Assembly: GCF_009914755.1 (NCBI RefSeq)
Contig: NC_060937.1
Source of the DNA: the human T2T-CHM13v2.0 reference genome, Homo sapiens
DNA length: 64,000 bases
Reading direction: 5' to 3' (one strand)
Shown one piece after another: positions 12,931 through 26,945 of the stretch. How positions within the stretch are numbered: position 1 is the stretch's first letter; every line of letters begins with the position of its first letter. A program made the translations under genes and the position numbers. The notes under the pieces are model-generated. The model was not told the origin of the DNA and did no database searches. It saw only the letters and a list, made by a program, of their open reading frames with translations.

Positions 12931-15475
12931 GTCACAAATAACTACAAAGCACATGGAGTCTTTGAACGGCAGCTGAGGAAATCTGCCACTTTTATAGAAA
13001 GCAATAAGCAAGGCCGCCCTTTTTGTGAAGACAAACGTGCACGAACACAAAAGGTCCAAAAAGGAGCGTCCTTCTAACATATCAATGTAAGTAGGTGTGT
13101 GCACATGCATGCGTGCATGTTTGTGTGTGTATTAATCTACTTGGAGTTTGGTTGAAGAGTTACTCTGTGTACTTCCCAACATTTAGTATTTTTGTTTGCA
13201 TTTTTAACCATTCTGGTATGTATGTAGGCATTTATGACATTTTAATAAACTATGTAGAAATTAATCAGCTAGAATGAAAACATTAGAGCATTGATTAAAT
13301 CAAGCATAACATTCTTAAGTTGCATACACGAGTCCAACACCAAATTTGCTTTTACAATTTCTAATGTGCTTATTAGAAAGTGGTGTAAGAAACAAAGTAA
13401 AAGCATTTGTGAAATATGAGGTAGAATTATTTTCTCCAGCCAGTTGAATGAGCTCTCAGGGTTCAATACCTAAGTTTTTCCAAATTCTAAACATTTTTAA
13501 CTTCCTCAATCAAAATTCATAGAGTTCTAAAACTTCAAGTTTTCATTTTGTTTTGTTTCTCTTATTTTGTTTCATTTTGTCTCAGTCTCTTAATTGCTCC
13601 CATAGAGGCAACACTTGGAGTTTTGGTATGGAGAGAGAATGCTAGGCCAGAGTGTTGGGGTGGCTTGGGGAGAGGAAAGGATTGCAATGATTTGTAATTC
13701 ATGTATTTGTAAATCAAGTCTTTCCTGTATTCATGAACGGAAACTTTTTTTATATATATAAATAGTAGTAGTTTCTACTGCTTACAAAGGGATGAAGCTC
13801 AGAGTATATTTTCAGTTGCTGAGTCTTTTTTCCTGTTAATGTGATCTTGCAAAAGCTAGGAAGCTGAATGAAAAAGATAAAACATTCAACAACAATGTAT
13901 ATGCCTACTACTCTATCTATACTCCTGCTCCAAAAAGTCCTTTGTCTTTTTTTAATTAAAATACCATTTATTCTCTATAAATTCAATGTACAGTGTTTGT
14001 TTAAGAAGGCAAGCCTTATGTCATACAATAGTGTTTGTAACACCTGTGCAGTGCTACTCAGCTAACCAGAAGGGGTTTGGTTTATAACGAAATACCTTAA
14101 CATCTGGTCCAGGAACCCTGAAGAAATGAGATATTGTTATGCAGACTAATTATGCCAAGATGTTTGAAGAAATACTCAAAACCTAAACTACTACAAAAGT
14201 ATCTATGATAACAGCTGCATCAATAAATTATTTTGTGGCATAGCCAATAAAATGAGAAATCAATAACAAATTTGTAAAAAGCTTGCACAAAAGCTAAATA
14301 CTATTCTCACTAGAAAACAAGTTTATAAACCATGTAGTTTCCCCACAGCCATTTATTAACTTCGATATGTATATACACACAAACAGAGATCAGTCAGGAG
14401 AAGATGTTTAGTTGCTTTTTGGAATTTAAAAGAGTTGACTCAACAAGAATAACAATTGGAACGCTACAAGTGGTATTTTCAGGTAAGCCAATTAATTGCG
14501 TTCATAAATTTATCAAGAAAAAAAATGTCTAAATGACTGATTCATAACGTGAAAATAATAAAATACATCAACTTTCATTCTGATTTTGACCACATTGCAT
14601 TCTTGCTATTCATATAAGCCAAGTAGAACAGTGTATAAATATCAAGATAGCACACCTACATCCATTACGCTTACTCAGAAAGATTTTCTCTAGGGTGAGC
14701 CAGGCATTCTAAGTGAAGCTGCTTTCAAAAATGGTAAGACAAATCATTTCCGTAAGTGCAGAGAAAATTGTAGCGTCTATATGATACCCAGCCACGTGTT
14801 GAATATATTAGACACTGCTTGTGAGTAATTTTTTCCAAAGGTAAATAAAACAATTTGAAAGGCAGAAAATCATTTTCAAGACATTCATGCACTTAATAAA
14901 TGAAGAAATAATATTTGTAAAATAAACACATTCATTTCAATGCAATAGAAAATAAGTAGCAAGCTGTGTGTCTATGTGATTAGGCATGAAAATAAGTGTA
15001 CATTTTCATGAAGAAGGCACATAGCAACCAAAGACAAAACTAGGAAAAAGTTTAGATTCCTTAAGGTTACGTTATAGAACTCTGTTTTCCAATGGATACA
15101 AAATCTAATCTAGTTTCAGTTGAAACTTTGTAATCTCAAAAAATAAATGTTCATAAAACCTGAAAATATTTTCCTAAAAAGAGGAATGCCTGTATCACCT
15201 AACATATTAGAAGATCAGTTTTGAGGGAAAAGGTGATTAGAACATTCTTTTTAAATGCAGCTTGATTAGTAGGCCGAAGTGGTAAGTAATATGTACAGAA
15301 AAAGAAAAAGGGATTAAGAACACTTAAAGTGGATCAGTGATATCTTAGAGTTATAAATCAAAGTCACACAGATCTTAAAGTAAACTTTATAAAATGGTGA
15401 GAGAGGAATTATAACCTTAATTAAAAATACAGTTTAATGACAATGGAAGAAACAGATGCTGAGATCTTTTTGGCT

Positions 15476-15779
15476 TTTTCTTTTTCTTTTTTTTTTTTTT
15501 GAGACAGAGTCTCGCTCTGTTGCCCAGGCTGGAGTGCAGTGGTACAATCTCGGCTCACTGCAACCTCCGCCTCCCAGGTTCAAGCAGTTCCCTGCCTCAG
15601 CCCGCTGAGTAGCTGGGATTACAGGTGCCCGCCACCACGCCTGGCTAATTTTTGCATTTTTAGTAGAGACGCAGTTTCACCATCTTGGCCAGGCTGGTGT
15701 CGAACTCCTGACCTCGTGATCCACCTGCCTCAGCCTCCCAAAGTGCTGGGATTACAGGCTTGAGCCACTGTGCCAGGCC
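15476..15779 (-). mobile_element. AluSg-like
   Basis: ctcctgacctcgtgatcc; TSD tctttttggctttt / tctttttgatttt. Confidence 0.95.
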
Positions 15780-16193
15780 TCTTTTTGATTTTTAATCAAA
15801 TTGAAATGACAGGCTACGTGAGACACAGATGAGTTTCAGTTTCGTATTTGGGACTATTGACCAAACAGCAGGTAGAAAATGTAGAAAGGATGAAAATTCT
15901 ATACCTCCACTATGACATCAGATCGTATCAGTCTGTCAGGGTGACGAAGTAAGCCTAGGTGTCCCAAGGTGACAGCCATTGCAGGTGACTTTGAATTATA
16001 TCTGTTACTTACACCCATTTGCTTGTTCATTCATCCAGCCAGTCCTTTTTCCATCCTTTTATTTATCCATTCATCAAGCCAGGCAGTCCTACATATTTGC
16101 ACATTGTTTTACTACTAATAAATATTATCTACACTTTTTATTTCTTTTGGCAAACCCATCAAAGGAATAAAGCAATATTATAACAATTCCTTA

Positions 16194-16743
16194 TGTAAAC
16201 CAAAAGTACCTATGACGATCTCAATCAACAGAAAGTTTATTTTGCCAAGGCTAAGGATGCACCCCTGACACAGCCCCAGAAGGTGCTGACCACATGTGCC
16301 CCAGGTGGTCAGGGTGCAGCTGGTTATATACATTTTAGGGAGACATGAGACACAAATCAATAAGATGCACATTGGATCCTTCTGGGAAGGCGGGACAAGT
16401 TGGAGCGGGGGACTTCCAGGTCACAAGTAGAGCTAAACATTTTCTGTTTGGCAATTGGTTAAATGAATTATCTAAATATCTGGAATCAATAGAAAGGAAA
16501 TGTCTGGGTTACAATAAAGGGTTGTGGAGATCAAGGCTTTATTATGCAGATGACTCTTCCAGGTAGCAGGCTTCAGAGAAAATACATTGTAAATATTTTA
16601 TATCAGACTTACAGAGTCTGTCCTATCACTCCTAAGGTCTTCGTGTTGATGTTTGTGAGGCATGTTTGACTCCCCACTTGAGCTTGGCTGAGGGGAGGAT
16701 CCATTAGTCAGCTGGGGGACTTAGAATTTTATTTTGGTTTACA
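16194..16743 (-). mobile_element. MER4-family (ERV1) solo LTR
   Basis: Inverted termini TGTAAACCAAAA...TTTTGGTTTACA; exact 4 bp TSD CTTA; minus strand starts TGTAAACCAAAATAAAATTCTAAG. Confidence 0.9.
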
Positions 16744-16924
16744 CTTACAAGTGAGAACAATGACTTTGAAATGCTCAATGATTTACCATATTTCACATAG
16801 GAAATAACCTGCATATCTAAGATCTAAGACTTTAAAACTTCAATGTTAAGAGCTCTTTATAATCTAACAGACAAATATAAAGAAGTGAAACCTTGCCTCA
16901 AAGAGTTAAATAATCCAATGACTA

Positions 16925-17800
16925 AATTATTGGGCTTACAAGGTAGCAGATAAAAATGAAACAACTTGCTGAAAAGCTGAAACTGAAACTGCTTCAAAGT
17001 GTAGGAAACCAGTAACTAAGAAAAACTTTTGAGGTTGCAGGATACCAGATAAGAAAATAAACAACTGCATTTTGGGAGGCCGAGGTGGACGGATCACGAA
17101 GTCAGGAGATCAAGACCATCCTGGCTAACACGGTGAAACTCCGTCTCTACTAAAAATACAAAAACGAAATTAGCCGGGAGTGGTGGCCGGCGCCTGTAGT
17201 CCCAGCGAGAGGCTGAGACAGGAAAATGGCGTGAACCCGGCAGGCGGAGCTTGCAGTGAGCCGAGATGGCGCCACAGCACTCCAGCCTGGGCAACAGAGT
17301 GAGACTCCGTCTCATAAAAAAAAAAAAAAAAAAAAAAAAAAGGAAAATAAGCAAATTACTGAAACTCCCTCTTCCTTGTGTGTGAGATCAAGAAAAAACT
17401 GGCTGAAATCTACTGAAACTAAGATGGGCAATTGGAGTTTGTGAAGAATGAGCTTGCTGATGGCACAGCCTGAATTTCCACCATATGTTTTATACTTACT
17501 ACTCTCAAAATTGTACGTGTGACTGATCAGGTAGCATGAAGAGATAATTGTGCATGCCCAAGGACTTTCCAGACCTCCCCTTTCCTTCCACCACTTAACC
17601 TGCTAATCTCAGATTCTACTACCTGAAACTTTTGTAATTAAAACACCGCTTTGAAGCCAGCACAGGAAGACAGATTTGAGCTTGACCTTTGTCTCTTTGT
17701 GAATTGACTTTCAATATAAAGCTTTCCCTTTCTCAGAAACATGGTGTCATAGTACCGGCTTCAAGCGCATCAGGCAATGAATCCATTTGCTTTAATAATA
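16925..17800 (+). mobile_element. ERV1-class LTR, family unresolved, interrupted by AluY
   Basis: LTR-like motifs (gactttccagacctcccc, gacagatttgagcttgac) and 3' end gcgcatcaggcaatgaatccatttgc; 5' boundary uncertain. Confidence 0.55.
17067..17342 (+). mobile_element. AluY-like, 5'-truncated
   Basis: GGCTAACACGG, ATGGCGTGAACCCGG, long poly-A; TSD gaaaataaacaa / gaaaataagcaa. Confidence 0.95.
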
Positions 17801-18588
17801 AAAGCAGTGAGCTTGTGGTCAAGAATTGCATCAGTAAGTCAAGACACTTATAAAAATGTGTGGGAGAAAAAAGCAATCATCCTAAAAAGAAACAAAAATA
17901 AAATACATAAAACCCCCAAACAACAAAAATAGCAGTTTACTATTGTATTCTAGAAAAATTGAAAAGAAAAAAACTGTTTGCTTTTGCTATACTGCCTTTT
18001 CAAGTGGTAAAATGTTAATAACCAGGGCAGTATTTGTTTCTGTTCTCTTCTGTTACTGTTAAAGTTTGATGAATTTGCTGCTCATTTCACTCTTTATTTA
18101 TATAATGACTATGGGTGAAACAGAATGAAAAAAGCAAATTTGTTAATTTAATTTTCAGTTTTTGTGGCTGAGATAAAGATTTTCAGGGCCCAGTGACTAA
18201 GTACGTATAGTAAAAATTTAGGATTATCACCAGATTTAAATCTATGTGCAAATTTGAGAATATTAGTACTGTCAATAATTTCAGTTATCAAAAATGGAAA
18301 GAGAGTAGAGATATGGGGAAAATTTAACCTTTACAAGTAATATACGCTATGTGTTTTATTTTAGGATTGCTTACACATCTGTACTCCTGTCAATGTAGCA
18401 TAGAGAGTGTACTACAAATTTAAAATCATCATTCAATAGCTTTATTGGGAGTCAGAAATTGGACTTATTTTTTAAAAAATTATCTGAATTCTACATTCAA
18501 TACTAAAAATTATAAACTAGAACAATTCATTTATAAATGTATTACAAAGTGAATTGTCTACTCACACTACTTTAATAATATCGTGACT

Positions 18589-18858
18589 GGCTAGGCCCAG
18601 TGGCTCACGCCTGTAATCTCAACACTTTAGAAGGCCAAGAAAAGTGGATTGCTTGAGTCCAGGAGTTGCAAACCAGGCTGGGTAACATGGTGAAACCTGT
18701 GTCTGCTAAAACCACAACAAATTAGCCAGCCATGTTGGCATGGACTTGTAGTTCCAGCTACCCAGGAGGCTTGAGCCCTGGAGGTTGAGGCTGCAGTGAG
18801 CCCTGATTATTGCAACTGCACTCCAGCCTGGGCAACAGAGTGAGAACTTGTCTCGAAG

Positions 18859-18893
<35 letters not shown>

Positions 18894-18895
18894 AA
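18589..18895 (+). mobile_element. AluJ with (TAAA)n tail and small internal deletion
   Basis: ggattgcttgagtccagg, ttgaggctgcagtgag. Confidence 0.92.
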
Positions 18896-18934
18896 TCATC
18901 ATCAAAAGAGAAAATATAAAATGATTTAAATGGC

Positions 18935-19425
18935 TAAACATGTCACTATCATGTAGACCGTGAGGTGATGCAATGAGCAGGGCAGTTTTCCTATGTGGTA
19001 TTATTTCAAAAATCTATATTATTGGTTTAGTCATGATAAAAAGACCTGCCAAATACAAATCAAGGGATGTTCTATTAAATACTTGACCAGTACTTGTTTA
19101 AACTTTCAAGATGATGAAAAACAAGTAGAAAGTGAGAAACTGCCACAGATTGGAGGAATTTAAAGATACTTGATGGTCAAATGCAAGTTGGTTTCCTAGA
19201 TTGGGTATTTGAAGAAAAGGCAGTGAAAATCTGCGAAATCAGAAAAAAATCTGTAGTTTGTTTAATAGTGTTTTTCTAATGGTAATTTCTTAGTTTTTTT
19301 CCAAATGTACTACAGTTATGTAAGATGCTTGCATTAATATAGAGAAAAAGGTATTGGAAAACGATCTGTACTATTTATCTTTGTAAAATTTTATAAATCT
19401 ATAATTATTTCAAAATTAAAAGTTA
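18935..19425 (+). mobile_element. L1MC/MD-type 3' end
   Basis: tgaccagtact, gagaaactgccacagattggagga, terminal aattatttcaaaattaaaagtt. Confidence 0.7.
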
Positions 19426-21412
19426 AATAATTTTAATAAATAACCTTTATCTTCAGTGAAAAAATAGATTGAAAATATCTACTAAGTAATATACAAATGA
19501 TAGGCTCTATCATCATTATAAAAGATATTCAACTTAAAGATAATTGCACATTCCTAAAGAAAAACTAAATAACATATCTGTATATTTAACAATTTTCACG
19601 TGATATCTAAGAAACTTCTTTCAGGTACAAAGTCTCCTGTATTTTAGGTTTCTCTCTCTCTCCATCTTTCTCTTTCTCTCTTCTTTCCCCCTCTCTTAAC
19701 TAAAACTCGGTAATAAGATGTACTGTAGACATGATATAGTTAGGAATTCAAGCTTCTCAATTGTAATAGTTTCCTTGTTAATAATATAGTAACTAAGTGT
19801 TGTCTACAGTGTGGGCTATATAACCTTACCATGATTTTTTAAAATTATAATCACAGAAGCATTTTTCCACTTTGCAATTATACATACTTGGCTTTGCAAC
19901 AAATACTGAATTTTTTAATAAGTTGTTTACTGTTAAAAATATATCTTTCCCAATGTATCTTTTATTTAATGACTCACCTCAATCATATTTTTTTCATGTA
20001 CTTTGTTATTGATACACAAATTTTTAAATACTACGCTCTGACTGGCTGGAAAGAGTACTTCTATCCAACACTGTGAAGAATCTCTCATCATGTGTGACAT
20101 TTTAAAAAAACTTGATTCTTCTAAACATTAGAGATATTTTTATGTATCTTCAGAAAATTTATTTGCTGAAAAATAAATTATTTCCCATGGCATACTAGTT
20201 TCTAAGTATGATTTGAGCCATTTGTTTTAAAATAAGTCAGAATATAAGTTATCTTTCTTTTAATTGTAAGTAAGTAATCCCAAAAGTGCTTTCCAACATA
20301 TGAATGTATTTAGTATAAAACTTAGTAAACTGTCCTGTGGTCATTAAGTATAAAACATAGAAAGAACATTCTAACCATTACATTATATATATATTTTAAG
20401 TTTTGGATTGAGTTTTACATGGCTTTAAATTATTGCAGAAAAAAGTGTTTCAGTTTCCTTCCTATTTTGAATGTTTAAAAATTTTTATTAACTACACACT
20501 TCCTTTAACATGATTACTCATTGTCTGAACACACAGTAAGTGTTAGGCAAAGTTTATTACTGGTGACTATTGATTCAATTCTGTGTTTTACATAATTTCA
20601 TGGTCTTTTGCAACTTTTAACAAAATATTAGGTAAATTTGTTACTATTCTACTTTTACTGAGGCTAAGATATCTACTTGGAATAGAAATTTTGGCTCTGT
20701 CATTCTCGTGATCACTTTTGTCATATTCTTGTTGTATTCAGATAGTGATTCATTTTTAGAAATTCTTTAAAAATATTTTGTTTAGTTGTGAAAGGTGAGT
20801 TTAATTGAAATAAAATAATATCATCCAAAAATCCCCCTTGCAATATGCAGAAATCTAGTAAGAGCAGTCCTATTAACTTCACTGAATATCACATTTTCTC
20901 CTTAAACCCAGGTCATTTCCAATAAAACACATAACCCATGGTGGTCTGGCAAGTACTGATTGAGAACACCTATCTTATTCCTTATAACAAATATAATTAA
21001 AATTGCATATCACTCAGTATATTTTCTAAAAAAAAAAATCTGGATAGATATCACTACTGGAGCCTCACAAACCAAGGGATCTTTTTAAAAACTGTGTTTC
21101 CTTCTTCTAGGAATGCGGGGAGGTCAGATATTGCAATTTGGAGGATATTCATCACAAAAAACTCCTAGAAAAACATTTGAGATGTGACATTTATGTTGTT
21201 GAAGGTCTCATGGATACCCTCTTGTAGAAAGTATAATGATACCACAAACTTGGAGCAAACACTTTAAGATATGCTCTGCAGTTTAGCTTCCTCGTCCTAG
21301 AGAGAGAAATGTAATTCCCTAAAAAGCATTTGAAACACAATAATTTCAATGAAAATACATTAAACTTCCTTTTTAAACAAATAGCTCATCCCACCTTTCT
21401 TCTGGTTCTCAC

Positions 21413-21713
21413 TTTTTTTTTTTTTTTTTTTTTTGAGACAGAGCCTTGCTCTGTCACCCAGGCTGGAGTGCAGTGGCGCGATCTCAGCACACTCCAGCCT
21501 TCGCCTCCTGAGTTCAAGTGATTCTCCTGCCTCAGCCTCCGAGTAGCTGGGACTACAGGCGTCTTCCACCATGCCCAGCTAATTTTTCTATTTTTAGTAG
21601 AGATGGGGTTTCACCATATTGGCCAGGCTGGTCTCAAACTCCTGACCTTGTGATCCACCCTCCTCGGCCTCCCGAAGTGCTGGGATTACAGGCGTGAACC
21701 ACCTCAAATGGCC
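21413..21713 (-). mobile_element. AluSg-like
   Basis: Antisense full dimer; exact TSD TGGTTCTCAC on both sides. Confidence 0.95.
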
Positions 21714-24014
21714 TGGTTCTCACATTTTAAAAACATTATATGACTCATATATTAGAAATAGAATATTTAGTAAGCCATTAGTCTAGTGATGTAAACTCAG
21801 ATGAAGTTTAGAAAAAAAAAAACTTTGTTAATAGCACTAAACTAACCAAATTAATAATTTGGTTTTTTTATGCTATGCAAAACTTAACTGAAGACTTCAG
21901 TGTTAACATAGTCTAAGTCATTATGTAACCAGTGTATTCCATGTGTTCAAAAGTTCTCTTAGCAGAAATTCATAAGGTCAGAACATTCTTAGCGTGATGT
22001 AAACAAATATAGGCATAAAATTGTGCTTTTATAAAGGAATCTTTTTTTTTTGGTCTTATCCATCTACCCTTTATTTTTTAAAAAAGAATTCTAGCAATGT
22101 GAGACCCAAACATTCAAAAATAACAATGTGCACTTGAAGCTGTAGAATGAGGAATTAATATTTTATCCATAAAAGAAAATGTTAAATTTTAATCTGACTC
22201 AGTTTATATTGTTTTTTCTAGACATGTTTTAAGGTGGCGATTATTTCTATGTCTACCTATTTCACTTTTTTAATAGGTTAACATTAACAATCTTTTTGTC
22301 AAAAATAGCTAAAGATAAAATCCTGGGCTAAGATTAAATTTTAAAATAGTATTTGTTTGCAATATTCAACATGAATGGCTACTACTGTGCATAAAACAGA
22401 TCATGAGTGAGATTAGATCTTGTTCTGTAGCTTTCGGCAAGAAAGCCTGAAAAACTGGGAAATACTGGAAGAGTACAGATAAAGTAATCTTCTGTAAAAA
22501 TACTTTCTGTCCATCAAAGTATAAGCTTCTGGCCACACTCTATGCTAATAATAAAAATACTAAAGCTCTTTTCTTTTGCCCCTAAATTCTCCCAATCAAT
22601 TTTTCTTTGTTTGTCCTTTAAAATAACACTTGGCACTTAAAATTACATTATCAGAAGATTCTGCAAATGCTAACCACTGAAATCACCACCTTTCCAAAAC
22701 CTCAGCAAGTAACAGAACTTAGAATGGACTCAGCAGATAAAAGACGAGGGACTGGCAAATTATGTCTTTATGGTATGATCTCAATTGATTGCCTTAGGGT
22801 TTAGAACCATAAAACTTCATTCCTGTGTTTTTTTGTTAAATCACCATGGATCAAGTTAATAGCGGACACATCATTTTAACATTTCCTCATTAATCCACAT
22901 GTTACAGTAATTGGCATTTAATCTTTATGAAATAGGGCATTTTACCTTTGACTAGATTGATTTATTACATTTTCTTGAAAATGATAAAACAGAATGTTTT
23001 AGGAGAAAAACAGATCTAAAAATATAGTTATAACTAAAATAACTTAAAACTATAAAAATATTTTTTATAACATCTTAAAGTTTAAAAAAATCACTTTAAA
23101 AATAACTCTCTTCTCACTTTCCACATAAGCAGTAATTTAAACAAAAATTTCGTCTGCAATGCTATGAGAAACTAACAATAAAGGGAAAGGCTGTTTGTTC
23201 TCCTAATTTCACATCTGATGTATTTATAAAACTCCAAGTATGTCTCCATAACGTATTTGTGTATGTTGTGCTGAGGTAGAAGATAGGATGAGAGAAAAGC
23301 AAGATGAAGGAGAAAACTGTGACTCAGAGAAGATACTTTGATTAAGACCCCCTTATAATTATAATCCCTCTGGGTTGTACCAAACCTATGTCTACCACCT
23401 TACTCTGCTTCCATCCCTGTGACAGAGAAAACACACATTTATCTGAGGGGTATCATTGAACATAAACTTCTTTTGTTTCCATATATTTCTACCAGAATTA
23501 AACAAATGAAGTCGTATTATTTATATACCAAATATGTCCTATCCTCTAGTTGTGAAGATTTGATTGTTTCATTTAAGCTTAGTTTCTGATTTTTTTTCTC
23601 TGTATAGTTAGGCATTCTTCAGATGATTTTTTTTCTTTTTTATTCTACAGTGAAAAATTCTGTTTATTCCTGAAGATATTTAGTCCTGAGTGATTATAAT
23701 AATTCTTCATTTCAGATCCCATCAAGCATAGAAAATTTCAAAACAATGAGTTATGTTGTCCTTTCATTTTGTTTTGTTTTCATTTGTTTTTAAGATCTTC
23801 TCCTACATTATAGAGGTAGTATGGAATGACTTTTACTTTGAAGGTTTATTTGTGTCTTTACCCTGAGGTGTCTAAAATACCCACTCAGATTCAAAATTAT
23901 GAGGTATTGGCAAAGTTTTATAGGATTTTGTTCAATAAACTTTTTGCCACACATTTCATCTCAGTAGGGATGTGCTGGGTGTGGGTAGAGGTAGCTGTGG
24001 AGGCACGTTGGTAC

Positions 24015-24432
24015 TGATGCAGGAGTTTTTGCTCCTTAGCTCAGCTACAATCCAGGTTCTCGTCTCATGACCTGGAAAAATTAGGCACGCAGATACATTG
24101 AAAGGTGAGGAGAGTGGAATTTATTAAAAGAAAGCTCTCAGCAAATAGAAGGAGGTTCTGCCAACAGGCTCCCATCTCACAGATTGGATACCAGGCTAGC
24201 ACATACGAGCTGAAGAGGCCCGTCTCCCCCACTGCATAAGGCACAAATTCCCCATGGCTCCACTCCATTCTTCCAGTGCACATGCGGGCCCTTAGTGTGA
24301 GCCACTCCGTGTTGATTATTTCCCTTTACTGAACATGAGTTAAGGGACGGAATTTTTCATCATGGGCATGTTTAAGCAAGACCCCTATACACAATGACCT
24401 GGGTGGCACTTGGCTGTCTCCTGTCTCTATCA
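24015..24432 (-). mobile_element. ERV1 solo LTR, MER61-family-like
   Basis: TG...CA termini, minus start TGATAGAGACAGGAGACAGCCAA, AATAAA on minus strand near 24120, near-TSD GTAC/GTAG. Confidence 0.78.
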
Positions 24433-25004
24433 GTAGTTTTCTCAAACTATCATACACTCTCATTGCCAACAGCCATTTTTAAAGATCAAGACATAAAGTT
24501 ATACTTCCTATCTTCCTTAACTGGTAATTCTATATGCTAAAAATTTTGGTTTCAAATTTCAATTTGCCATCAGATTCTGAGAGTTTCTGATACAATCGAG
24601 CTTAAAAGTCTATCTAAATAATATGCCTCAAGGAACATGAGTAGGGGCACTCGAATTGTTTAATACCTTTTTTCCATTGCAGATGATTATGTATTAAGCA
24701 AAGTTTTGGATATAATCATTTTTCTTTCTTAAAAAATAAATCAAGGTTTTGGCTTAATAATTAGGCACATCGCTCAACATAATTCTTCATTCTTATTTTT
24801 GGATACCTAACTGTCTAAAAATATGAATTATTATATTCATAGTCTTATTTGCCTTCCTTTAGCTCTTTATGAAAACATAAATGCAACCTACTGTATTGTG
24901 TTTCAGTTTTACTCAATTAAATAATATTTAATTTATACCGTTTTTAGCTTTTTCTGTTGTACTTAATTTTCTCTTAGAGAAGTTGCCAAACTACTGTTTC
25001 CTCA

Positions 25005-25478
25005 AGTTTATTAAAATATAATTGACAAAAATATATATATTCAAAGTGTACAACATGATGTTTTGATATATGTATACATTGTAAAATGATTAAATGAAGC
25101 TAATTAACATATCTATCTCCACATATACTTATTTTCTGTGTGTGCTGTTAGCACATTTAAAATTGAATTTCTTGGCAATTTTCAAGTATAGTATCCAGTG
25201 TTAATAACTGTAGTCACCATGCTGTACATTCAATAATTTATTCATCCTATCTAACTGAAACATCGTACCTTCTAAACAATTTATCTTCCCATATCACAGC
25301 CCTAGTAACCACCATTCTACTCTGCACTCCTGAGTTTTACTCTTTTAAGTTCCACATAGAAGTGAGGTCATGCAATATTTGTCTTTCTGTGCCTGGGTTA
25401 TTTCACTTAGCATAATGACCTCCAGGTTCATCCATGTTGTCTCAAATGACGAATGTTCCTTTTTAAGGCTGAATATTA
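25005..25478 (-). mobile_element. L1MA (L1MA9-like) 3' end
   Basis: gtgtacaacatgatgttttgatata, gctaattaacatatc, atttcacttagcataatg. Confidence 0.85.
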
Positions 25479-25479
25479 C

Positions 25480-25816
25480 CCCCACTTTGCCTCACAGCTG
25501 TGGGACCAAAAAATGCAGCCCACATGGGGTTATATACGTCAGAGGTCATGAGACACACTGGGAAAAGTATTGAAGGAAATCCTGTTTTTAGGGGAGAAAG
25601 AAACAAACCCCAGGATTTTTTGGATTATTGCTCCTTAATTCAAGAGGCTACATTCCCTAGGAGGAACAGAAACAAGACCTGAGCTTTTACAGACAGTTCT
25701 TCCCTAATGGAGGATATTGCATTCTCTGCGTATTCTACAATTATTCTTGGGAATTACAAGTAAGAATGGGAGAAGAACTGGGCTGGACCAAGGTCACCTG
25801 GAGAACGGTTCTTGCA
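25480..25816 (-). mobile_element. ERVL-class LTR (LTR47-like), partial
   Basis: Minus strand TGCAAGAACCGTTCTCCAGGTGACCTTGG...CAAGAATAATTGTAGAAT; family name from memory. Confidence 0.55.
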
Positions 25817-26945
25817 GAAATTAAAAAATATCTTGAGACAAATAAAAATGGAAACACAAAACATAGTGAGACCTCACCTTTAAAAGAAAAAAACGAAATG
25901 GAAGCACAAAATACGAAAACTTATGGGATGCAGCAAAAGCAGTTCTAAGAGGAAAGCTTAAAGCAAAAAAATGTCTATATTGAGAAAAGAAAAACAGCTC
26001 GTATAAACAACCTAATGCTGGCTCAAGGAACTAGAAAAAGAAGACCAAAATAAGCCCAAAGTTAGCTGAAGGAAGGAAATTATCAGAGCAGAGATAAATG
26101 AAATGGAGACTAGAAAAATAATAGAAAAAGTAAATAAAACTAAGCATTTGTTTTTCAAACGATAAACAAAATTGACAAATCTTTAGCTAAATTAAAAGAA
26201 AGAAGACTCAAAGTCATAAAATAAAAAATGAGAAAGGGTATATTACAGCTAATACCACATAAATACAAAAGATCATAAGAGATGGGTATTAACAATTTAT
26301 GCCATAATTCAGTCTGAGTATTTTTTACATTTCTAAGATTTTATCCATTTGGATAACCTAGAAGAAATGGATAAAATCTTAGAAATATAAAATATACTCA
26401 GACTGAATTATGAAGAAATAGAAAATCTCAACAGATCAATAGCATGTGCAGAGATTAAATCAGTAATAAAAAAATCTCAGAAAGAAAAAAGACCCCTCAG
26501 AACCTTATGACTTCTACTAACATTTAAAGAAGAATTGGCGTCAGTCTTTCTCAAAGTCTTCCAAAAAACTGAGAGGTGGGTAAACTTCTGAACTCATTTT
26601 ATGAGGCCAACATTAACTTAATATCAAAAACAGGACACTAAAAAAAATTGTACAATATCCTTAATGAATATAGGTGCAAATAATTCCCAACAAAGTACCA
26701 GCAAACTGAATTCAACAGCGTATTCAAATATCATATACCATGATCATGTGGGATTTATCCTCGGGATTCAAGCGTGGTCCAAGATATGCAAATCGGTGAA
26801 TATGACATACCGGAATAAAAGAGTGAAGAATAAAAACCACATGATCATCTCAATAGATGCTGAAAAAACATCTGACAATATTCATCATTCTTTCACAATA
26901 AAAATGCTCAAAAAAGTAGGTATAGAAAGAATGTTTCTCAATTTA
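25817..26945 (+). mobile_element. Old L1 ORF2 fragment (linker to early RT), many stops/frameshifts
   Basis: EIKKYLETNKN; HDHVGFILGIQAW; [12 protein letters not shown] in ORF track. Confidence 0.9.

Noticed and set aside
14390-14490. Strong splice-donor-like CAG|GTAAGC near 14482
   Set aside because: No convincing paired acceptor or reading frame; such motifs occur by chance. A lncRNA exon cannot be excluded without transcript data.
15935-15992. Three GGTGAC motifs with short spacers (array-like)
   Set aside because: Only 6-7 bp shared with irregular spacing; expected by chance and not CRISPR-like.
16194-16743. 12 bp terminal inverted repeats suggesting a DNA transposon
   Set aside because: These are the normal MER4 LTR termini, and the 4 bp TSD fits ERV1 integration.
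21095-21320. Acceptor-like pyrimidine-AG motifs on both strands around a unique block
   Set aside because: The minus-strand frames checked close quickly and no clear donor was found.
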